Shown here one piece after another: positions 9,874-18,436 of a stretch of 64,000 bases of DNA (position 1 is the first letter of the stretch; each line of letters begins with the position of its first letter). Both the position numbers and the translations under genes were made by a program. Origin of the DNA: an uncultured delta proteobacterium (GTDB taxonomy: Bacteria > Desulfobacterota > Desulfobacteria > Desulfobacterales > B30-G6); contig CAWGLD010000001.1 of the NCBI GenBank assembly GCA_963823335.1, positions 1,280,001 through 1,344,000 on the forward strand, written 5' to 3'. The notes beneath the pieces are model-generated. The model saw only the letters and a program-made list of their open reading frames with translations, was not told the origin of the DNA and did no database searches.

Positions 9874-10116
9874 ATGATTCATCCATACAACAATTCTACG
9901 CAGACACGCTGGGACCGCGGCGAGCTCAAGGTTCAACTCAATCAGCCCAATAATCCTCGTCCCATTGGGTTTTGTGACGGAAGCCCCGAGGACGTCACTG
10001 AACTCCTCTCAATCGCCGAAGCCGAGGGCGGTGATGATGTAAAGATCCACAAGAAGATCCTCAAGACCGGGCGCGAGATATGGACCTTGGATGGACAAGG
10101 GAACCCCAACGTTTAA
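9874..10116 (+). CDS. Small hypothetical protein (80 aa)
   Basis: Open frame with protein-like composition (MIHPYNNSTQTRWDRGE...GREIWTL); no family recognised. Confidence 0.55.
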   Translation: MIHPYNNSTQTRWDRGELKVQLNQPNNPRPIGFCDGSPEDVTELLSIAEAEGGDDVKIHKKILKTGREIWTLDGQGNPNV

Positions 10117-10228
10117 TAATTCCTTTTCTGTGATGCAAGCGGGAAACAGAAGAACTGTACAGTAGACAGCGATGACTGAAGACAGACTTGGAAACGTCCA
10201 TACAATTATGAAATTCTTCCTTAAGAGC

Positions 10229-10299
10229 GGTGTTATCGAGACTTTTTTCTCGATAACACCAATAGCCCGGAATTAATTTCCGCTACTCACTTGTTAGGT
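10229..10299 (+). other. Perfect 13-bp inverted repeat followed by a short attC-like site
   Basis: ggtgttatcgaga/tctcgataacacc hairpin; then CGATAAC...tagcccggaa/ttccgcta...GTTAGGT (GTTRRRY core); only about 49 bp, short for an attC. Confidence 0.45.
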
Positions 10300-10316
10300 T
10301 TTCAATGGGAGTTTTT

Positions 10317-10764
10317 ATGAACGAATCAGATGTCGAATACGCAGGCTTCTGGGTACCCTTGCAAAAAACCATTTGCGCTGGGCTCGTGTACTTCGCAATT
10401 GTGCTCGGTACTGGCTTCGTACTGGGTGTGTTCAGAGTGCCAATCCTCGTTCCATACATGGGAGAGCGCTGGGCAGAACTCGCGGAGATGCCAATCATGG
10501 CAACTGTGATCTTTCTAGCCGCGGGGTACATCCTGCGGCGTTTCCCTGAAATATGTTTCCCTGGTCGTTCGTCGGTGGCGGGGTTCCTTGCCCTGGCTCT
10601 TGCGGTCTCCGCGGAGTTGGGCCTCGCAGTCGTCCTCCAAAGTCAAAATTCCCGAATTCATAAGTAGCAGAGACAAGGTTTCTGGCTCTGTCTACCTTGC
10701 CTTGCTCTAGGTTTTCGCTATCATGCCGCGCGTTCGTCTTCGGACCATAAATCAGCTATGCTAA
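10317..10764 (+). pseudogene. Broken membrane-protein gene with integron-cassette layout
   Basis: Hydrophobic frame shifts near 10648 into IPEFISSRDKVSGSVYLALL*VFAIMPR (in-frame TAG 10708-10710); first residues MNESDVEYAGFW resemble an RDD-family N-terminus. Confidence 0.65.
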
Positions 10765-10775
10765 AGTGCAGCGAG

Positions 10776-10841
10776 GCCTAAGCAGGCGCTCATGCGGAGC
10801 CGCGCAAACAGCCACGCAGTCCGTTTAGCTCTGCGTTACCG
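10776..10841 (+). other. Degenerate integron attC recombination site
   Basis: GCCTAA(G) R''-like box, gctcatgcgga/tccgtttagc L boxes with one extra base, terminal GTT; 66 bp, right after the gene. Confidence 0.65.
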
Positions 10842-10861
10842 ATTACTCAACTCAGCACCAG

Positions 10862-12580
10862 TCAGCCATTTTTTTGAACAACTTTCAACGTTCGCATGCG
10901 ATTCATTGCGGCGGCCAGTTCGAAAGATCTGAAATGGGCGATATCCCCGGTCACATAAGGGGTGAGGATATCGAGGCTCTTTTCGTCTATATCGGCTGTC
11001 ACCCGTTCCACGACTTCCTTCAAGGTTCGTTTTCCGTCCATGTATCGGATGGCATAGTGCAGGGCGTGAGCGATGCCTCGTGTCTGGGACATGTGAGCGA
11101 TCTGTTCCACATCTCCTAAGTCGATAAGGGTTTTTCCGAACAGAATTTCATTTGATTTAGGGACTGAGATCTTTAAGCGATGTTTTGCCTGATAGGGATT
11201 GAAACTTTCCGGGATGGGCATGCGTTCTTTGAGTTCTCCGAATGTATGCCCCCCTTCCGTTCTGCGCCCGCTTGCATGTGTTGCTGCAATGTGATGCGCC
11301 TTTCGGGTGACATCCTCGGGGACGTAAGTCGTCATTTGAAGCACCTGATGGGCCACGGAAAAATAATCACCTGAGCCGCCCATCACCAGCACCGTGGAAA
11401 CACCTTTTTCATCATACAGCTGCCGGACTTTATCGATGAAAGGCGTGATGGGTTCCTTGTCCTTAGCAACCAGTCGCTGCATGCGATGATCACGGATCAT
11501 GAAATTGGTGGCCGAGGTGTCTTCATCCAAAAAAAGAACCCGGGCGCCGATTTCCAGGGCCTCGGAGATGTTGGCTGCCTGGGAGGTGCTGCCACTGGCG
11601 TTCTTCGTTGAAAAGGAAGTGGTGTCTTTTTTAAAGGGCAGGGTGTCGATAAAGGGCGATATATCCGTCTGGGCCACATTGCGACCGTCGGATGCCCGGA
11701 TTTTAACGGCATTGGGAACCGTTATCACCAGTTCCCGGCCGTCTTTGGGGAGATGATTGTACATTCCCAGTTCCAGAGCATTTAGCAGGGTCGATTTTCC
11801 GTGATACCCGCCGCCCACGATCAGGGTCACTCCTTTGGGTATACCCATTCCCGTGATACAACCCCTGTTTGGAAGCATGATGTCTTTCTGCAGGGTGCCG
11901 GGTGATTGAAATCGAACGGCCAGCTCTTCCGCCAAAGGGGCTGGGTCGATACCGCTGGCGCGTGGAAGCAGGGCGCCGTTGGCCACAAAACCCAATAGAC
12001 CCAGGTCATCGAGTCCCTTTCTCAATGCATCTGCATCCTCTGCCATATGGATATGCGTTTTAAGCTCGGTGGGATTCAGGCCATTAAAAAAAAGGGATCT
12101 CTGTACAATCGCAGGCAGTTCTTTCAAAAACATGACTGCCGCAGCTTTGCCTGAAATTCGCCGGCCTTGCGCCGGCAGACCCATGAAAAAGCGTGCCTCA
12201 ACCCATTGATCTCTAAGCACCATGGCGGTGGTTTCGATTATCTCCTGACCCGGTCGGTCCACGACGATCAGACCACTCTTGCCGGTGCCGCGATTTCCCT
12301 GGGAATATTTAAGGCAGTTCTTGTAAAAGATACGGGTCAGATAGTCGCACAGGGCCACCTTTCGGCTCTTGCTTGCCGAAAGTGCCGGGGATAAACCGGA
12401 CATTTTTCTGTCGACCCGGACCCGAATTCTGGATGGGGTGGCAAATGGGTCGCCCTGCACATGATCGATGATCAGCCTAAAGCCGGGGAATTGGTATGCA
12501 CCCTCGATTTCCTTGTAGGCTTTGTAACCGCGGCCATCGATGCGACCTAAAATTTCACCTAATGTTTGTTGTGTTTGCAT
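10862..12580 (-). CDS. Predicted ABC-class ATPase (ABC_ATPase domain protein)
   Basis: HVQGDPFA, GGGYHGKSTLL Walker A, ASGSTSQAA, LDEDTSATNFMIRD. Confidence 0.88.
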   Translation of the reverse strand: MQTQQTLGEILGRIDGRGYKAYKEIEGAYQFPGFRLIIDHVQGDPFATPSRIRVRVDRKMSGLSPALSASKSRKVALCDYLTRIFYKNCLKYSQGNRGTGKSGLIVVDRPGQEIIETTAMVLRDQWVEARFFMGLPAQGRRISGKAAAVMFLKELPAIVQRSLFFNGLNPTELKTHIHMAEDADALRKGLDDLGLLGFVANGALLPRASGIDPAPLAEELAVRFQSPGTLQKDIMLPNRGCITGMGIPKGVTLIVGGGYHGKSTLLNALELGMYNHLPKDGRELVITVPNAVKIRASDGRNVAQTDISPFIDTLPFKKDTTSFSTKNASGSTSQAANISEALEIGARVLFLDEDTSATNFMIRDHRMQRLVAKDKEPITPFIDKVRQLYDEKGVSTVLVMGGSGDYFSVAHQVLQMTTYVPEDVTRKAHHIAATHASGRRTEGGHTFGELKERMPIPESFNPYQAKHRLKISVPKSNEILFGKTLIDLGDVEQIAHMSQTRGIAHALHYAIRYMDGKRTLKEVVERVTADIDEKSLDILTPYVTGDIAHFRSFELAAAMNRMRTLKVVQKNG

Positions 12581-12624
12581 GCGGTTCAACCGAACACTTT
12601 CCAGGGGCTGGAAAGAAACAAGAG

Positions 12625-13008
12625 TTACCTGTTAAATTTTCGGTCCCATTCAAACTCACGAGCGGTTACCATGTCTTCCATGCGCTGGATACGGTGATCC
12701 AGGTTGTGAAAGCGGCGTTTCAGCCGGCTGGCCGCTCTGGGCCTGGAGCTTGTATAGCTGTCGTAAAATTCCTGCTCCCCTTCTGACTCAATCGGTCTGA
12801 CAGGCTCCGGTTTCATCAATAGAGATGCAACAAAATAGAGCGCCAGTATCGGCCATACACCGCTGGCGAAAAAAAATACCAGAACAATGACCCGTATCCA
12901 GAAGGCTTTTAAATCGAAAAAGTTCGCCAGGCCCTGGCATACGCCGAGAATAATTCCATTTCGGGATCGGTAAAGACCACGACCATGTGGGTGTCTGAAT
13001 CTGTTCAT
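12625..13008 (-). CDS. pspC: Phage shock protein C
   Basis: LYRSRNGIILGVCQGLA, one TM segment, RIQRMEDMVT; ATGA overlap with pspB. Confidence 0.9.
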   Translation of the reverse strand: MNRFRHPHGRGLYRSRNGIILGVCQGLANFFDLKAFWIRVIVLVFFFASGVWPILALYFVASLLMKPEPVRPIESEGEQEFYDSYTSSRPRAASRLKRRFHNLDHRIQRMEDMVTAREFEWDRKFNR

Positions 13009-13253
13009 GAAGATGTTTCCTTTCCCTGGCTTTCCATCAGAATGGTTTCCAGGCTTTCCACACGCTTTTCCATCTGCGTCAAACCGTGATAGATTTCCTG
13101 TATCATCCGGGTTTCTTCTTGATAATGTTGACGGCTTTTTCGTGACACACCGCCATGTCTCATTTTGATGGTCATCAGAATAGTGCCTGTTATCATGCCC
13201 AGGATGATAATAATGCTGCTGAAAACAATGCTTACGATGATGATTGCATTCAT
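13005..13253 (-). CDS. pspB: Phage shock protein B-like
   Basis: N-terminal TM and MEKRVESLETIL; lies between pspA and pspC. Confidence 0.8.
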   Translation of the reverse strand: MNAIIIVSIVFSSIIIILGMITGTILMTIKMRHGGVSRKSRQHYQEETRMIQEIYHGLTQMEKRVESLETILMESQGKETSS

Positions 13254-13354
13254 ATGTGGGGTGCTCCAATATCAGGCGATTTGGCCTGTTTGCATAGGAT
13301 TGTGCGATTTACCCGTAAGGGGAGGATTCCCAGTATCCCTGTTGTAACGTTCTG

Positions 13355-14038
13355 TCAGGACGGGTCGGGATTTGTCCCCGGGTTTTTGCGCGAGGATTTC
13401 AGCGCTGCAAGTTCCTTTTCTATATCATCATCGAGGACTAAATTGTCAAACTCTTCTTCAACGGGGGGCTTTTTCCCGAAGTTCACCAGGTCCGCCTCTG
13501 CTTCCATCCGGTCAATCCGGTTTTCAAGTTGATCGAATCTGGCGATGGTTTCAAAATTATCCACCCGCCGGATTTCTTCCTGGGCACGCCGTTTTTTTCT
13601 GGCATGAACATGGCGCTGAATGAGCAATCCCTGTTTCTCTCTGGCTGTGTGTAGTTTGTCCTCCAGCAGGGTAATATCCTCCTGATATTTACGGACCATG
13701 TCATCGTGTTCCATCAGGTCCTGTTTCAATGACGACACCATATCCGTAAAACGGCGTTTTTCATTGAGTGCTTCGCGCGCCAGGTCATCCCGACCTCTGC
13801 TGACCGCCAGGCTCGCCCGTGCCTGCCACTGTTCCTGGCGTGACACAAGATTATCCAACCGGCGCTGATTTTTTTTTCGACCGGCAATGACGCCTGCACA
13901 GGAGGCTTTCAATTCGATCAGAGTGTCTTCCATCTCCCGTATCATAAGTTTGATCAGTTTTTCGGGGTCTTCGGCCCTGTCCAACATGGCGTTGATATTG
14001 GAACTGACAATATCTCGAAATCTTGTAAATATACCCAT
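13355..14038 (-). CDS. pspA: Phage shock protein A
   Basis: MGIFTRFRDIVSSNINAMLDRAEDPEKLIKLMIREMEDTL; GGAGG RBS. Confidence 0.95.
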   Translation of the reverse strand: MGIFTRFRDIVSSNINAMLDRAEDPEKLIKLMIREMEDTLIELKASCAGVIAGRKKNQRRLDNLVSRQEQWQARASLAVSRGRDDLAREALNEKRRFTDMVSSLKQDLMEHDDMVRKYQEDITLLEDKLHTAREKQGLLIQRHVHARKKRRAQEEIRRVDNFETIARFDQLENRIDRMEAEADLVNFGKKPPVEEEFDNLVLDDDIEKELAALKSSRKNPGTNPDPS

Positions 14039-14151
14039 GGTGCAACCTCCGTTTTGATAAATGTCGTTGGCTATAAGCTGTGGTGGTATGAAGACGACTG
14101 ACTGGATACCACCCGCAGCAATGGTTGGATTCTTTCCGCTGTCTTCTCTAT

Positions 14152-14170
14152 TAGCATAAGATGTGCCAAG
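14152..14170 (-). promoter_or_regulatory. Sigma54 -24/-12 promoter of pspA
   Basis: Minus strand TTGGCACATCTTATGCT: GG-N10-GC. Confidence 0.85.
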
Positions 14171-14184
14171 ACGCATTTAAAACT

Positions 14185-14270
14185 CAACTATATGATAAAT
14201 AAGGAAAATATTAAATTGACAGGATCAAGCCAATATGGTAAATATCGCCATTAAATGGCATAAATAACTA
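14185..14270. promoter_or_regulatory. IHF-like site and candidate PspF enhancer sites
   Basis: Minus-strand tatcatatagttg (near WATCAANNNNTTR) at 14185-14197; TGGTAAATATCGCCA (14236-14250) and TGGCATAAATAACTA (14256-14270), 20 bp apart. Confidence 0.55.
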
Positions 14271-14289
14271 TTTAAAGGTAAATATAATC

Positions 14290-15333
14290 ATGGGTCGTTC
14301 TTCATCGAAATTTGTAACACCGACGCCGGGCGTCGAGGCTATCGGGCAATCCGAAGCATTTCTGATGTTCCAGGAATCGCTTTCAAAAGTGGCCACCGTC
14401 AATCGTCCGGTGCTTCTTATGGGTGAAAGGGGAACCGGCAAAGAACTTGCAGCCATGCGACTGCATTACCTGTCACCTCGCTGGCAGGAACCGCTGGTGG
14501 CGCTCAATTGTGCTGCATTGAGCCCCACTTTGATCGAAACGGAGTTGTTCGGCCATGAAAAAGGAGCTTTTACCGGTGCTTTACAGTCACGCAAAGGCCG
14601 GTTCGAGGCCGCCGAAAGCGGCACCCTTTTCCTGGATGAAATCGGCAATATCCCATTGGAAGTTCAGGAAAAGATTTTGCGCATCGTGGAATATGGTTCC
14701 TTCGAAAGGGTGGGCGGATCATTACCGGTTGAGGTGGACGTACGACTGGTGGGGGCCACCAACGCAGATTTGTTGGACCTGACAGCCAGAGACCTGTTCA
14801 AAAGGGATCTCCTGGATCGTCTTTCTTTTGAGGTCCTGTTTTTGCCGCCCTTGAGAGAGCGGCTGGGAGATGTTTTGCTGCTGGCGGACCATTTTGCCCG
14901 TAGAATGGCTTTCGAACTCGGGCGTGAGGAGACCCCTGTTTTTAGCAGGCAGGCAACCACCATGATTGAAAAATATGCCTGGCCGGGTAATGTGCGCGAA
15001 TTGAAAAATGTTGTGGAGCGGGCGGTTTACAGAAGCGATTTGTCACGTATCACGGAGATCGACTTCAATCCCTTCAATTCGCCCTATAAAATGCCCATGG
15101 ATGCGGCACCCCTGGAGAAAAAAAGGCCGTTTACTGAAGTGCAAGAACCCGGCTTGACAGCACTGCCCTTGAAAGAAGCTGTGAAACGTCTTGAAATTCA
15201 ACTGTTGAAGACATCCCTGGAGACTTCCAAATACAATCAGAAGAAAGCGGCCGAAAAACTGGGCTTGACCTACGATCAGTTGCGAGGTTTGCTGAAAAAG
15301 CATGCAGAAGCACTGCAAGATCTATCTGTTTGA
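14290..15333 (+). CDS. pspF: Sigma54 activator PspF
   Basis: GERGTGKE, GAFTGA, WPGNVRELKN, C-terminal HTH LGLTYDQLR; no receiver domain; divergent from pspA. Confidence 0.93.
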   Translation: MGRSSSKFVTPTPGVEAIGQSEAFLMFQESLSKVATVNRPVLLMGERGTGKELAAMRLHYLSPRWQEPLVALNCAALSPTLIETELFGHEKGAFTGALQSRKGRFEAAESGTLFLDEIGNIPLEVQEKILRIVEYGSFERVGGSLPVEVDVRLVGATNADLLDLTARDLFKRDLLDRLSFEVLFLPPLRERLGDVLLLADHFARRMAFELGREETPVFSRQATTMIEKYAWPGNVRELKNVVERAVYRSDLSRITEIDFNPFNSPYKMPMDAAPLEKKRPFTEVQEPGLTALPLKEAVKRLEIQLLKTSLETSKYNQKKAAEKLGLTYDQLRGLLKKHAEALQDLSV

Positions 15334-16074
15334 TGCGTCAATAATTTCTTTGGCGGCATCTCCAAGGATCATGGTGTCAGTGTTGATGGCAATCAAGCTG
15401 AAACCGTCGTCAATATATGGCCTGACCGCCTCAGGGCTTGTCCCGAAAATGCCTGTCGGAATATGGGCTGCGTCCGCACACTTCTTTACCTTTTTTATGG
15501 CATCTCTAACTTCGGGATCGTTCACCTGACCTATTTTGCCCATGCTGGCAGAAAGATCGTAAGGTCCGATGAACAGGCAGTCAATACCGGGTATGGTGAC
15601 GATGGACTTGATATTATGGATGGCATCTATATGTTCAATCTGTAGGATGACGGTTGTATCTGTGTTTGCAGTATCAACATACTCTTTAAAATGTGCCCCA
15701 TACCCTTGTGCCCTGGCGATTCCGACACTGCGGGAACCCTCAGGAGGATACTTGCACCACCGAACCGCCTGGGCTGCCTCTTCTGCAGACTGGATCTGGG
15801 GCACAATGATGCCGGATGCGCCGATATCGAGGCATTTTTTTATCCAGGTTTCGTCATTTAAAGGCACGCGAATGACGCATGCAACCTGCGGGCTGGCCGC
15901 CTGAAGGATGGTCTGGGCATCTCTGATGCTCATGGCGCCGTGTTCCAGGTCGATAAAGAGCCAGTCAAATCCGGCGGTGCAAAGGATTTCGGCGATTTCA
16001 GGCGACGGCAAGGTCAGCATCGTTCCCAATAGAGGCAACTTTTGGGCAATCTTTTTTCTTAGAGAAGTTTTCAT
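15322..16074 (-). CDS. HpcH/HpaI-family class II aldolase
   Basis: GFDWLFIDLEHG, YPPEGSRSVG, LQIEH, FIGPYDLS. Confidence 0.9.
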   Translation of the reverse strand: MKTSLRKKIAQKLPLLGTMLTLPSPEIAEILCTAGFDWLFIDLEHGAMSIRDAQTILQAASPQVACVIRVPLNDETWIKKCLDIGASGIIVPQIQSAEEAAQAVRWCKYPPEGSRSVGIARAQGYGAHFKEYVDTANTDTTVILQIEHIDAIHNIKSIVTIPGIDCLFIGPYDLSASMGKIGQVNDPEVRDAIKKVKKCADAAHIPTGIFGTSPEAVRPYIDDGFSLIAINTDTMILGDAAKEIIDASNR

Positions 16075-16697
16075 TGGGTCCGCTTTTTATCGATGGCTTT
16101 TTTTAAGGCGGCATCGTGGATATGGCCGGCAAAATGAACCGGACTTTTCCCGTAAATCGGGTCCCAGTTGGCTGGGTCTGCGCTGCAGAAAAACTGAACC
16201 TCCAACCCGAAGCGTGTGGGTGCCTCCGTTACATGGAGTCCGATAATTTTAGACGCCGCTTCCCAGGTGGCGCCGCAGGGTGCCCCTCTTCTGACGGAAA
16301 CCCTTTGAATTTTGTCCTCTGAAATTTCCACATCCAGTTCTGGCGCACCGAATTGGTTTCCATATGTTCCCAGGCAGTCCTGCCGGGCAAGGCCGCATCA
16401 GGTGGGCGGGGTGATAACATGGACAGGGTGATGCTTCTTTCCGGAAGCCACCAGGGGGATTTCCATTTCAGAACAGAGTTGAGCCAGATCATAAGACAGG
16501 TCAGGGTGCTGCAGAAAATCCAGTACCAGGTCCGCTTCAATTTTTTGCGGCAGGAATTGTCTGGCGTCGTCGATGACCGGCGGGAGCTCATTATCAACGG
16601 AGACAACTTCCAAACTGAATCGATTGCCACCATATTTTCGAATACCGGCAATCTTGCTTTCCCCTTTTTGGTTTTGTTGAAAAACGAGAATTTTCAT
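16071..16697 (-). CDS. DUF166-like selenoprotein (UGA at 16398-16400 read as Sec100)
   Basis: Track ORFs 16398..16712 and 16071..16331 are in one frame separated only by TGA (TPPT-U-CGL); SECIS-like hairpin follows; ATGA overlaps at both ends; RGAPCGAT motif. Confidence 0.85.
16369..16387 (-). other. Bacterial SECIS-like hairpin
   Basis: CCC-GGCA-GGAC-UGCC-U-GGG with a G-first apical loop 17 nt after the UGA. Confidence 0.7.
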
Positions 16698-18283
16698 AGG
16701 TAGTCTATCCACTTCCAGCGGCAGTCTTCACCCTTTTGGTCCTTGGTCAAATATCCTCTTTCGTTGGCAAATTGGAGTGTCTTACGGATCTGTTCAGGTG
16801 TGTGCGGGATGGTTCCGTCCACGAGATCGGCCAGGTGCCCCAGGTCGCTTTTATCCGAGGGAGCGGATGTGTTGCAGGGGATCCACCCGATTGTTTCAAG
16901 TACCTGTTTCATCATCAAGTCGTAAATCAGGACGATATGCTCCAGATTGGTAAGAGGCCATGCTTCTTCCTCGGTGGTTTCACCGCTGTCACGGCGCTGT
17001 TTAATGTCATCAAGCCAGGCATCGAAATTATTCTGCCAGTCTTTGACAATGCCGTCAAGTGTCCGCTGATCAACGGCCGACGTCCTGACGATGGCCTGAT
17101 TGGCATGGTAATCATTCCAGTCGTCACTCATGATCTGGATGTCGTAATCCTGGCTGTTTTCCCTGACGTCTGTACCCGGGAAGGGTGCCAGAAGGTGGTA
17201 TCCGTGCAGGACGCCCATGCTTTTGAGATGGCCGGCAAAAGCAACCGTTTGCTGTAGTGTCTGCAATGTTTCGCCCGGAAGACCAAGAATGAACGACGCC
17301 TGGGGGGTGACACCTATGTCGTTGCACATGGTTACGGCATGGACAACCTGATCCAGGGTGATTCCTTTTTTGATGGTCGTAAGGATTTCGGGACTTCCTG
17401 ACTCGACACCGAAACTTACGGCCGAACACCCGGCCTGCTTCATTCGTTCCAGAGCCGGACGCGAAACAGTGTCGACCCGGGCAAATGAGGTCCATTGAAT
17501 TTTGAGCTGTCGCCGGATAATTTCATCACAGACTGCCAGACAGTGCTTTTTGGATGCCGTAAAGAGATCGTCAGCGATATTGATCTGGTGAAAACCAAGG
17601 GTACTCAGATATGCCAGTTCATCCACGATTTTTTGGGGATTTCTGTATCGGACCCTGGCACCGACCATTTTTCTGCCCACGCAGAAAATACATTTAAAAG
17701 GGCATCCCCTGCTGGTTGTCATGCTTATGGGCAGACCCAGCGCCAGATATCTACCCAGCGGGATCAGGTGTCTGGCCGGTTCAGGGAGGCTGTCGATATC
17801 CTGGATGGGCTCCTTTGGCTCGGTCAGGACCGGTCGGCCCTGCTCTTGGTACGCCAGTCCTTTGATGGTGTCCCACGGGCTGCCGTTTTGGTAAGCCCTG
17901 ACCAGTTCGACGATTGTTTCTTCTCCTTCTCCGAGGACGATGAAATCGATTTCCGGGCAGGTTTCCAGGGTTTCACGGGCACAGAACGTGACATGTGGTC
18001 CACCCATCACTGTCAGAATCTCGGGTGCAAGGGCCTTGACATCTCTGATGACGCTGGCGGCATGATTGAAATTCATGGTCACGGCAGTTGCCCCTACGAA
18101 GTGTGGGTCGAATGTTTTAAGGATCTTGGCAAGGTGTTCTTTTGTGTAGGGGTAAACCACCAGGTCAAGAATCTGGACGTCAATCCCGGCGGTTTCAAGC
18201 ACAGCCGCCAGAAATGCAAGTCCCAAAGGAGGCGATGGTGTTTCCGAAATGGGGTAATAAGGATTGATGAGTAGAACACGCAT
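16694..18283 (-). CDS. Cobalamin-binding radical SAM enzyme (class B methyltransferase-like)
   Basis: PPLGLAFLAA, GGPHVT, GEGE B12 domain; SRGCPFKCIFC CxxxCxxC; FGVESG. Confidence 0.92.
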   Translation of the reverse strand: MRVLLINPYYPISETPSPPLGLAFLAAVLETAGIDVQILDLVVYPYTKEHLAKILKTFDPHFVGATAVTMNFNHAASVIRDVKALAPEILTVMGGPHVTFCARETLETCPEIDFIVLGEGEETIVELVRAYQNGSPWDTIKGLAYQEQGRPVLTEPKEPIQDIDSLPEPARHLIPLGRYLALGLPISMTTSRGCPFKCIFCVGRKMVGARVRYRNPQKIVDELAYLSTLGFHQINIADDLFTASKKHCLAVCDEIIRRQLKIQWTSFARVDTVSRPALERMKQAGCSAVSFGVESGSPEILTTIKKGITLDQVVHAVTMCNDIGVTPQASFILGLPGETLQTLQQTVAFAGHLKSMGVLHGYHLLAPFPGTDVRENSQDYDIQIMSDDWNDYHANQAIVRTSAVDQRTLDGIVKDWQNNFDAWLDDIKQRRDSGETTEEEAWPLTNLEHIVLIYDLMMKQVLETIGWIPCNTSAPSDKSDLGHLADLVDGTIPHTPEQIRKTLQFANERGYLTKDQKGEDCRWKWIDYL

Positions 18284-18304
18284 AATGTTGGCCACAGCAA
18301 AAAG

Positions 18305-18364
18305 TTGAACCGCGAAAGCGAGCCCCATTCCCGTGGGTTGCCACGGGGGTTGGCGGGCGCAATC
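18305..18364. repeat. REP-like palindromic dispersed repeat, copy 1
   Basis: ttgaaccgcgaaagcgagcc...cccgtgggttgccacggg...; alignable with 38936-39055 and 43838-43895. Confidence 0.7.
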
Positions 18365-18436
18365 AAAGTTAGAAAGAAAAATAGGGTCCGGAAAAGATTC
18401 CCGGACCCTAGGGGTTGTCACAATATGGTTAGAGGA

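Noticed and set aside
13254-13354. c-di-GMP riboswitch or second sigma54 promoter between pspA and pspB
   Set aside because: Only fragments match; no GG at -24 and wrong spacing
16398-16400. Nonsense mutation / pseudogene reading of the TGA
   Set aside because: The SECIS-like hairpin, adjacent Cys and coupling at both ends favour selenocysteine
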